Shown piece after piece: positions 13,047-23,239 of a stretch of 34,303 nt of DNA (position 1 is its first letter; each line of letters opens with the position of its first letter). This DNA comes from Ancylonema sp. Lineage: Eukaryota. A program made the position numbers and the translations under genes. Under the pieces are notes generated by a model that ran no database searches, had not been told where the DNA came from, and worked only from the letters and a program-made list of their open reading frames with translations. The DNA lies in NCBI GenBank assembly GCA_050230475.1, contig JBFLGF010000083.1:62001-96303 (forward strand), given 5' to 3'.

Positions 13047-13967
13047 CATAGTTGCACGAACTCCGAACCGTTTCCGAACCGGATCTTAGATGGAACCGGT
13101 TCCGACAAAAGTGGCCGCAGTTCGGACCCGCGGGATTCAGGTTTTTCCCACTTAAACGGCAATTTGAGGGGCTATATGGCTCGGGAAAGTTCGTTTTTTT
13201 TTTTTTTGTGTGTGTGTACCGCTTCATTGTCTTTCCAAAAAAAATGTCAAATATTTAATACACATTGTAAAAGAACTCAAAACGAATTTTCTCATAAGTG
13301 TATCCACTTGCTTTTGGTGCATTTCTTTGTTTTGCTCACTTCTCTGCACACTTCCTTGCTATTTAAGTAAAAGTAGTTATATAACAAGTTCCAGTTTCAG
13401 TTTCACTATTTTTTCAATTATCCAATAAACCCCATTCCATATATCTTTCCTCATTTCCATTCCGTGTTTTAATTCTATGATGTTGTCACCCGTTTTGTCT
13501 TGCCACTCGACATTTGATTTAAATTTCCATGTCTTTTTTCTTTTCAGTCGTTTGCTCAAAGTTGCGGCACTCCATTTATAACCACTCTCTTCCTACTCAA
13601 TTCTCCTACCTTTCACGTCCCTTGCTTCTCTTTTTTTTTTTTTAGTGGAAGGTCGCGTGTTGTTTTCTGCCAATGAAAATGCACCACGTCCCGCCATGGC
13701 GCGAAATAAAGCAAATTGAAACTAACAATGGCCGCGCCATATTTTTCCGATGAAATATTAATATTTCACAATTTTAGCGTATGAAAGTGACGTGGAGTCA
13801 CCAACATGAACATTTACAACGATTTATTTCCCCCGCATAAAAATGCTCTACCGCGGGAAGGAGTAAAACCCTAAAAAATTCCCGGTTTCCCGGTTCGTCC
13901 GGTTCCGAAACGGTTCCATCTCGGAACCGGTTCCCAAAAAAAAAAACAGCCGGTTCGTGCAACTATG
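13047..13967. mobile_element. hAT-type MITE
   Basis: TIR CATAGTTGCACGAAC / GTTCGTGCAACTATG; perfect 8-bp TSD GTTGATTC; GAACCGG/CCGGTTC subterminal repeats. Confidence 0.93.
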
Positions 13968-14334
13968 GTTGATTCGTAGGTTTGCCAATAAGCATATTTG
14001 CCAATGTCGGTGCCAATGAGAGTACGCACCTATCGAGAGGGCTCCTATACATAGGGTTAATTGTATACTACAGGTGTTGCTTTTAAAATTTGGAGTGAAG
14101 TATTCTTTTTTTTGGCGGGCATAAAATCTAGCAAATGTTGTTTTGTTATATTGGGCTTCACACACTATCAAACTTTGGTATATCTCTGAAAAAAAAGGTA
14201 TTAATGGCTGTTTGTTAATGGCTGTATTAAAAAATGCATGTATTGGCGACAACCTCCAAGTAATTCTTTTCATCCACTACCTTCATTTGCAATCGTATTG
14301 ATGCTTGATCTTATGGGTGTCATCAGTAATTCGT

Positions 14335-14607
14335 CAGCGTCAACCGAGGTATAGGTTGTCATAGCGTCAGTCAATGTATAGGCTTTCAACAAACGTCAAC
14401 CGGTGAATAGGTTGGCAGGAATAGCGTCAGTCGAAGAATAGGTTGTCCCCGATGTCTGAATCCGAACATGGTATCAGAGCGGGAGGACTCCGAACGGGTT
14501 ATGAACTCACGGAGAAGAATTTCGTGGCCTGGGAGGCGAAGATGCAGCGAGCACTCGATAACTTCGAGGCGGTCGACCTGACGTTGGGAACTAAAGCAAG
14601 ACCAGGT
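14335..14607 (+). mobile_element. Ty1/Copia relic: LTR 3' end, tRNA-Met PBS and start of gag
   Basis: ...CA at 14467-14468 followed by TGGTATCAGAGC (14469-14480), then LTEKNFVAWEAKMQRALDNFEAVDLTLGTKARP, resembling a Copia gag N-terminus. The ATG at 14501 is out of frame with this peptide. Confidence 0.75.
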
Positions 14608-15665
14608 CTGGCATAATTACTCAGAAGTGGTTTCCCCACGATATGGTGAAAACGGACGGTCGAAGACGGAGGTCACGTAAAAACGTAGTTAGATTGCGCA
14701 CGATTCTGCTCCACACATATGCCGAACGCGCCTCGAACGTGTCACTCTAACCCCCGACCGCTAGGGGCAAACTAAAGGATCATTCAGAGTTCTGAAATTG
14801 TTACGATAAATAATTATTGGATGATTCTCGCTTATGAACGTCAAATTGTGAACACATACGGACAACGGACCGTAATCTATGTTGTGGATGTCTGGTTTGA
14901 CCAGGGTTCGGATGCATTAGGCTTTAAGTAGTGATGGTTACAATTTCGAGTTCTTATCATACAACTTCGTTCCGGGCATATAGTGCACGTGTCAATCCAC
15001 GTCCGCTGAAACCCCGGACTTGAACGGGACGATCTATGCATCTTGCAAGTTACTATTGGTATGTTTTTACCGGTTGGTTTAAATTGAGTGACTTCATTTT
15101 CCCAATTTGGACGGAATTATTTGGTCGTGCATGAATTGTTGGCGAGGTTACGAGGACATATAAATTCAACACAGACGTCGTTGCATGTAGCGCGTAAAAC
15201 AATGTCGTTTACAAGCAATGTGCGCCCCTCGGAGCTACCTCGCACAATGAATTCCTGAAGTCGTGCATTAATGTGTCGAAGAAACTGCACTATTTCATTT
15301 TTCTGAAGTCACCTCATCCTACATTTGCTAATTTGAGTGGTCTATCACCATAACAATATTATGGGCATACTTGCCTCTCATACACCTACAAATCCATCAC
15401 TTGTCGTCCCCTCAAAAGGTTTATCTTGTTGCCGCATTTCCATAGGTACAAGTTGCTTAATCAATACGCTGCCACTCATTGAGCAAAGCAATCACGTTCT
15501 TCAGAAAATTTATGAATATCGTAATGAACCACTACATCACCTACGGACGATCTGCCGGTGAGAGGGGACCTGCAGGGGAGACTGATCCGCAGCACTGGCC
15601 TGGGGGGGGATGTACGCACGTTTGGCGGGTCGGGCCAGACTGATGGCCGCCATGCTGTTCTCCAC

Positions 15666-16211
15666 CTACTTGACAAAGGTAACGTAGTCAGAGAAGGTCT
15701 GACGATGGTCCTGCACCTTGAGTAACTCTCGACAGAGCTCAGGATTGAGCTTCTCAAAGAATGTGTAGATGCTGGGGTGGTCAGGCCAGGGGGGGAAGGT
15801 CTTAACAATTGCCCTGAACTGGACGGTAAAATCTGACACTGAACCCGTTTGTCTGAGCTCGCGCAGATGTCTTTCTTTGGTGAGGCGGGTGTCGCACTCC
15901 CCGAAGCAGTCCTGGAGATATTTCAGCAGCCGAGCTGCCCCAAACCCGTCCGGGAGGTCCCCGTTGTCGTCGAGGTAGTTAGAGAACCACTCGTAGGCAG
16001 GTCCCGTAAGTAGATTGGCCACGTAGTGGACTGTTTGAACAAGATTGCTGAACCGCTTAGGGGCGAGCCTGAGCATAGAACGGACCTGATTACAGAATGC
16101 AGTGACATGTTTTGAGGTACCATCAAACTTAGGAGGGTCAGATGGAACCAGGTCCTGGAGAGTAGGGAGAGGCTGAGATTCTGGAGCGGTTGGATCAATT
16201 GTAGAAGCCAT
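15666..16211 (-). CDS. Ty3/Gypsy-type Gag (capsid) ORF, isolated
   Basis: PPKFDG, LLTGPAYEWF, LRELRQTGSVSDFTVQF and FFEKLNPELCREL are Gypsy/PEG10-like gag motifs. No pol or paired LTRs are seen. Confidence 0.85.
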   Translation of the reverse strand: MASTIDPTAPESQPLPTLQDLVPSDPPKFDGTSKHVTAFCNQVRSMLRLAPKRFSNLVQTVHYVANLLTGPAYEWFSNYLDDNGDLPDGFGAARLLKYLQDCFGECDTRLTKERHLRELRQTGSVSDFTVQFRAIVKTFPPWPDHPSIYTFFEKLNPELCRELLKVQDHRQTFSDYVTFVK

Positions 16212-16604
16212 GTAGTTAGTCTCATAAGCAAATTGTTTGTAAATTTGCTTTTAATGTCCCTATTTTGCCTCTCGGACCGTCTGCTGTTGCCTCCACAGTA
16301 AGACAAACAGCTTTTTCTACCTGATCGTATGTATGGGAGGATGGCTATCTGCAAGATACGCGCCTAAGACATCGCATTCAAGAGGGGTAACGGCAGGGTC
16401 TTTCTTGATGATGTATCTCAATCTCGATGATATTTCAAATATCGTGGTGAATGCATATCTTCCCATGTTTTTTTTTTGGTATGATTTTGTGTGTGTTGGA
16501 TTTGTCGGTATCTTTTGGGTCTCTTCTAGAGAAACAGACATCGAGGGCGTTGCGTCAAAATAACTAGTTGATCCTCAGTCTAATCCGGATGCACCTATGT
16601 GCAG

Positions 16605-19600
16605 GTACCAAGTTGAGGATTTTCCGCTTCAGAAGTTTTCTTTGGCTGTCGTCTACTCACCAACATCCACAACCACCTGCAACATCCACAACTTGCAACA
16701 GAGTGGCATCACTGTCCAAGTCTTCAAAATGGTCCTTCCGGAAGACCTTCTTGCCTCTGCTCCTGATTCCACACAGCAAGCTCCACCAGTCTTTGAGGTG
16801 AGTAATTCACCATGCAGCAGCTAGTCGTGCCTGGTGTCATGTGGTCTAATTCTGGCAGTGGTATCTGCACTTTCTATTATGCTGTAATACAGCAACAACC
16901 TGCATATAACTTGACGAATGTATGATTTGCAGGGAGAGCAACACCATAACTTGGATGACAAATCCCATCCCATAGAGGAGCTGAATTATTTATCCGGGCG
17001 GGTGTGTTTGCCAGGGTGGAGAGAGAGGACATTTACTGTCCTTCTTTGCTTTGATCATATTGCTTAAGAGTAACAGTGTTTACGATTTGGCAGGATAAAA
17101 CTCCCCAACCTGCTGTCTTGGATATCGATAATGTGGTGGTGGTGGAAAACGTCCGAAACTACCACAGCTCCCTTGCCTGGCGTCGAAAATCCGTGCAGCT
17201 GCATTTGCAGAACATGGAAGGGGTGGAGGTATTTTCTGACCTTGCGTAGTGACAGTTGATTGTACTGAGGCCTTCATGCAGGTCGCAATCTGTAGTGTAA
17301 CAATATTTGCACTTCTGGTTTATGACTGGTGTCTAGAATCTACGACACTTGACTCCTTGTGTGTCTTTATATTTGTATTGTTAGAGACAGGTCTGTCATG
17401 TGTATCTTTTATGCTCGAGGTTGACTGATCTGACTTCCACAAATCCGATTCTTTTACTTTTACTCCTTCTGTAGGTCATTGAACGCGAGATGAACCTTCC
17501 AGTCGACCTTGTACTCAGCCCGTCAACTTGCCTGATTGTCTACACGTTGGATAAGTTGAAAATTGATGGGCTCATCCTGTCGCAGAGGCCTGCTGAGGTT
17601 CTCAGTGCTGCAGTGGAAACGATCATTGATGATCATATGAGAGCATGCAGTTTTGCATATCAGCGATGTGTCATGGTAAGTTGTTGAGGGGCCCTGTACT
17701 TTATGAAAACAATTCGGGAACAGGGTATCCACTGTCCTTCCTCTGTCTACAGTGTCTTGTTTTTCTGTTGTGATTGGGATGTGCGGTTTCTTACACTCCT
17801 GTCACCAAACTGGAGTTTGCAGATTTTTGAAGCCCCCCCTCACTACCTGGATGGAATTCAAGCTCTGGCGGATGACATATCTTGTGCCAGCATTGCTTTG
17901 GATATGCAAACCGAGTACTTTCTTTCTGGCAACTCGGCCAGCACCTCCTAAATTGTAGAGATGCAAATCCGGAAGTGTGGCTGCCACGTGCAGGCAGCTA
18001 CGGAGACTGAATTAGTTGCGGAAGCCTTTCTATCTGCATTCCCGAGCTTCAACCCCCTGAGTGTTGTAGCTGTCTTGTCCTGTGGGATTCCGCTGCCCCT
18101 CTTTCTGCGCCTCAGTCTGAATCAACAAGATGATGAACTCAAGAAATACGGAGTCAGTCATGAATGCACGAAGCTGGCCCACCTCCAGATGAATGCCAGC
18201 AAGTCAGAGGTGTTTAGTTGCGGGCCACTGAGCACAGCCGAGGGGCCTAGTCAGCGCCAAGCCGTTCAATCTTTTCCACGCGATATGAAGGGTCCCTCCT
18301 CTAGTGTGCCACCCTCAGACCCTTGGGAACATTCGGCTCTTTCTGCTCACAGTGGTTCATCAGTAGAAGGGCCACATGCACATGAGGTTTTCGCCGAGGC
18401 TGGATTTGGAGGGTCCTTGCAAGGTCCGCACAGGGGTCAGAATACCTACCAGCCGGCTCAGACCTTGCCAGCAGCTAGGGAAGGTGAGTAGGGATACCAG
18501 TGCCCATCAGATCCTTGGATCACAGCCAATCTAGATACTCCATTCTTGGAACGAGGATGGGAGGGAGCGAGGCCTGTTGCAGCAAACCAGATCGGATCAT
18601 CTGCGTTTTCTGAAGTATAACTAGATGGGATGAGAGCTACTGGTGCCGCAGATGCCGGCGAAAGGGAGAGGGTTCCACTTAGGAGCATGCAGAGTGGATG
18701 CAGGGAAGAGCAACTGGACAGGAAGGCTACGATGTTTCCCCAACCAAGAGGGGTAGGAAGGATGGAGAGGCTGTCGGAGGAGGATTGTGGAGCTGAGCCT
18801 CTCTTTCCGGCCGCTGCGAGATCTGGCTATCGCAGCGTTTTGGAGGGACCTTCTGTACCAAACTTTCCTTCCGCTGCAGAGATTGCCGGCGATGCAGATG
18901 TCTGTAAATCGTCACCACCAGATTTCCCACCGGCATCTTGTTTCAATGACAATGGAAGGGAGCACAGTCCACCTGGCGATTACATGTCTCCAGGTATGTA
19001 GTACAGACCAGCCACGATTTATCTCCTATAAATACTTTTTCGAAGGACCATGGTGGGGGTGAAATACAAATTCAAAAACGGCTTCGGGCTTCCAAAATAA
19101 CCCGAGGGGGGGGTAGGGGGTTAGGGGGCTACCATCAAAGTCAGTAACGCGCTATTAGGGGGCTGTTCAAGACTGATAGAGGCTGTTGGTGGCTGTAAGG
19201 GGCTAGTAGGGGCTATTATAGGCTACCATGGTTTCATCGAAGGGCTGACCCATTATCAGGGTATGGAAATCAATTGCCATAAAGAACTGGGTGGAATGTT
19301 TGGAAGGAGGAAAAATAAAAAAAGAAGCCCCACCCCTTTCCCCTGGGTGGGGGAAAGGGGTGGGGCTAAGGGAAAACCACTGCCTCCTGACATGGTGGGG
19401 AGTTAATATTGGCCCCTACGGTTTATAAGGTTTAAAGTCTCGCATAGTTGCAAGATACAACATGATGCGTCATGCAGTGGCCGGCAGGCTGGTCGCCAAA
19501 CCATGTCCAAATGCAAACTGGGTACCCAAGAAACGAAAAGCTCGGTCATCTGAAATGTAGGCGTTTTGTGATTGTATCATGCAGAATGTTTGGAACATCT

Positions 19601-20192
19601 CGGCGGTTCAAGAGGCAGGCCCGTGAGACGACGTGGGCGTGCAACCTACACTCCAAACAGTGTCCGGGGAACGCTACATCGATGGCTGGCTGAAAGTAGC
19701 ATGGAGGAACTTGGATTGGTAGACAGGAGGGGATTTGGCGTGTCCAATAACCTTTCCGGAAAGAAACGTGCAGCTCAACCGAAGTTGCCGATCATTACTT
19801 TCAGCCCCATGAGACCAAAGCATATGTCATTTCGGACCGAGGAATCGGGGTTGGATGAGGAAACCCATGAGTCTTTCAAGGATCAAGATTCGAAGTGGAC
19901 TCTGGAAATGAAGGGCCACAAAAATCAACCACGTATCACGAGACAGAAGCGGGTCTTTGGGCCGTCTCCTCGTAGCCCATGCGGGAAGAGAAGACGGGGA
20001 TCGAGCTCAGACGTGTTTGCCTCGTTCAGCCATAAGACCCCAGTGAAGTCCGCAGCATGTTCACACTGGGGAAGATACTCTAGGGCAGAAGCTGACCCCC
20101 CAGTGAAAGAGAAACTCTCAGCTTGGACCCCCCTTGACAAACGCACTAAGGAGGCGAATCATGTCAAAACTGCGCAAAAGTTTTTTTGCTGA
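16605..20192 (+). pseudogene. SHOC1: SHOC1 (SHORTAGE IN CHIASMATA 1)-like XPF-fold meiotic gene, 5'-incomplete and disrupted. Exons 16605-16797, 16933-17001, 17094-17228, 17475-17675, 17823 onward
   Basis: FPLQKFSLAVVY, NVVVVEN..RRKS..EGVE-VIEREMNLPVDLVLSPSTCL, SFAYQRCVM-IFEA and EAFLSAFPSFNPLS match recalled plant SHOC1 C-terminal motifs. In-frame TAA 17949, TAG 18489, TAA 18618, TAG 18999. Assignment of the region beyond ~18200 is weaker. Confidence 0.8.
19030..19440. repeat. Probable non-coding insertion with GGGGCT repeats and a perfect 18-bp hairpin
   Basis: Abrupt compositional change; CATGGTGGGG at 19049 and 19391; inverted repeat 19326-19343 / 19350-19367. Boundaries are approximate. 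Confidence 0.5.
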
Positions 20193-21095
20193 CCAATGTA
20201 CAAAGAGCAATGCAAGAGGAAGGTCAAGTGGTTTTGTAAACCTTCCTCACGAGTCTAGGTTTGGTGTCGTGAAACTATCGGAAGTCAACCAGTTGCATTT
20301 TTGGTGTCCGCAATCAGGTGCTGACTTTTGAGAGGAGCGGGGAACGATCAAACAAGCAAAGCAAACTGGTATGGCGAAAGGCTGCCGGCGGTTGTAGGGG
20401 TGGACCTGGCTATGATGCTACCTTCACTATGTAAACTGCTCTATGGTACTCTTGAGCTACTTTCGAAACAATGTACTTTGTTTTTCGTTGATAGTGTTGT
20501 GCGGCTGCTTTAAAACTTTATTGGATTCTTTGGAGAATGTTTAGAGTTGCTTGGTACCTAGAATTAGAAAAGAGACCAAGAGTGAAAGTTATAGCCTTGA
20601 CTTCGGAGTTGAGAGGGACATGATGGTCGGCCATGGTTTCAAGATTGAATCACGCTCCACTTTAGTTGAAATATGTTGTGGTCCTCATGGGTCGGGCAAG
20701 CTGAATTAGTACCCCAATTACAATTACGATGTCCGTGAATGTAGTATAATACTATCGAATGAAGCTGTACATCGCTTACAAACTGAGAGCCCATTTTGAA
20801 TAACAACCAACTGCTTGCAACTTGAGCGTCTGATGGTATATTTGTAAGCTCCATTCCTTTTTTTGGATTTCTCGTTTATACAGCTTACTACATTTTCGAT
20901 ACCATCGACCATAGTATTTCGGAGACTTTGGACGCCCCAAACAAGGAACCAATTATGGAATCGCGTGATCCAATGGTATTGTCGTCATTGCCCGATAGTC
21001 AGTGCAACTGTGATACACCACCTCGTTCGTTGTTGGTGCAGTCTCAATATATTGAATGTACTCTCGATGCAATATCTTGCCATGTACCTTGTCGT

Positions 21096-21371
21096 CATAG
21101 TCGCGTCCCGGACCGTCCGGGGATCTCCGGACGCGTCCGGCCCCGGACTTGTCCCTGACGCGTCCCGGACCCGGACGCCTCAGCCAAAATCTGATATCCA
21201 TATTTTTAGAACCCCCATATTTGTGTGACTTCAGAATAAAAACTTTTTTTTTTTTTGCCATCTTAGTTTCGTCCCGGACCGTCCGGGGATCTCCGGACGC
21301 GTCAGGGACGCGTCCGGGGCCGGACGCGCCCCGGACGCGTTCGGGGTCCTCGCGTCCGGAACGCAACTATG
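21096..21371. mobile_element. hAT-type MITE
   Basis: Ends CATAGTCGCGT / ACGCAACTATG; TSD CTTGTCGT / CTTCTCGT (7/8); internal duplication of GTCCCGGACCGTCCGGGGATCTCCGGACGCGTC. Confidence 0.88.
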
Positions 21372-21491
21372 CTTCTCGTTTCCTACCTTGCTTGTTCTAC
21401 TTATTGGAACCCATCCGGTAGAGAGGTCTGATCACATCGCACTTATTGGGTGGGCGGTCCTCCAAAACACGGAAACACAGAAACTTTTAAA

Positions 21492-21731
21492 CATTGTTGG
21501 GTCGCACACCTAAAATCACGCACATGTTCGGTACATGTGCGCTCAACCCCGCGCACATGTGCGTGCTTAACAAGGAAAAAATATACAAATACGCGTTTAC
21601 TACCGCTTACAACTATGAGCAGCGGCTTTTAACTTTTTTTTTTTTTTTTTTTGGCTAGGAGGTGCTCGATGTGGATGGGACATGATGGAACATGTGCGCC
21701 GAACCCGCGCACATGTGCGCGCCCAACTATA
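21492..21731. mobile_element. Degenerate hAT-type MITE
   Basis: Ends CATTGTTGGG / CCCAACTATA; CACATGTGCG subterminal repeats; TSD only 5/8. Confidence 0.55.
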
Positions 21732-22973
21732 ATTCTAACCATGAACAACACCACATGCTAGCTAACTGGCTAAAAACGTGGTAGCATTTGACCTTTTATG
21801 GTAGATCATCACTCACCTCCGCCCATTCTATGAGGGCTTCAGTTCTTCATTATCACTTTCTTGTCCTTGGGAAACTTGACTCCACCTCAAAACAGGTGCC
21901 CCTATCCCGCGAAGACATTCCAAAGGGTAATCTAGTTGTGGCAATCAAAGCATGACGCATCACTGCAGTTGCTTGCACACGCTCTACTTGACCATGTATA
22001 TTGTATTTATCCGGGCTTCAAACACTAAATTAAGTACCAGAGAACCGTTAAGAAAGGTTCTCTTATGCTTGGCGATCTAATTCAAATGAGTTTAGTGTAC
22101 ACGATTGGATGCCCTAATCATTTCTTTGGAATAGCACATGTGTTGTTCTCTCGAGAGATCGGGGAGTTGTTTCATTCAAAACAATCTATACACCTCTAGA
22201 GTGCAACGTATCCTCTGTGGAGTTGTTGCTTGTCTAAAAAAATACCACTTCTAATAGAAGACCCAATTTGCCTGATTCAAGACGGCCGGATAACCAATTA
22301 CAAAGTCCCGTGGTTGCTTTCGGGGTCGATCATTCCTCTAGATCACCATATGAGAGTTTGTATTTTTCCCGATCCCTAAACCTGTATTTCTGACCCGCAC
22401 AATATGCATAAAAGCGTAACAATTTAAACTCATATTTAATCCTACTTCTACAAAAATAAGAAACCCCTAAAACCTTAAGCACCCCAGAAACGGCTTCACA
22501 CTTGTTTCAAAGTGTTGAGCCTATTGGTCCTCGAATCCGTCCCAAGCAATGATGGCGAAAGGATGAGCATGAGCCATGAGCCCCATAAGGGTACACCTCA
22601 CCCCATCTCATATGCGCTCCACTCCCCACTACCCTCTACCCTCTACCCTCTACTCTCTACCCTCACCTTACTTATGACCCTTTGCCCAATCCTCAATGCT
22701 CCCCACGAGAACCATGCTTTAGGCACCAAGGCCCCCCTACCGCCCCCCCCTATCTCTCTCCTGCGCCTTCCCCCTACGTGTCCTCTAACTTCTGAGGCGA
22801 TCTAGCATGGTCCATGACGCGACCTCGTTCCCCTCCCCCCTGCCCCCCCCGCCCCCCATCCGTAGCAGTCGTAGCAAGGGGGAATCGATTCCCCTTTCGG
22901 GGGGAAGCATGGGAGGGGGTGGGGCGTTCCTGCCATCGAATCTGCAACCAACCACTCATATCACTCGATTGAG

Positions 22974-23195
22974 ATTCTGCCATTCTGCCATTCTACTCTT
23001 CTGCTCTTCTGCCGTCCTGCCATTCTGCCATTCTGCCACTCTCTCAATCTGCCATTCTGCCGTTATCTCATTCTGCCATTATTTCATTCTGCCATTTTGC
23101 CATCCTTCAAGTTCTGTCCTAATACAAGTCTCCCATTCTCCCATTCTCCCGTTGTCCCATTCTGCCAATTCTTTCATTCCCACCTGCCATTCTGC
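22974..23195. repeat. Degenerate (TTCTGCCA)n repeat
   Basis: Repeated ATTCTGCC units just downstream of the minus-strand gene's stop codon. Confidence 0.85.
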
Positions 23196-23239
23196 CCCCC
23201 CCCCTCCCCCCCCCCCCCTGCACCACCCGAGTCCCCCTC

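Noticed and set aside
17949..19001. TAA/TAG read as Gln (alternative nuclear code) to explain the SHOC1 stops
   Set aside because: The long Gln-rich exons of the neighbouring genes contain no in-frame TAR, the retroposon ORF ends in TAG, and TGA stops also interrupt the 3' frame.
21810..21965. Minus-strand segment resembling a decayed exon ending in a GTGAGT donor
   Set aside because: Stops in the frames examined and no recognisable homology.
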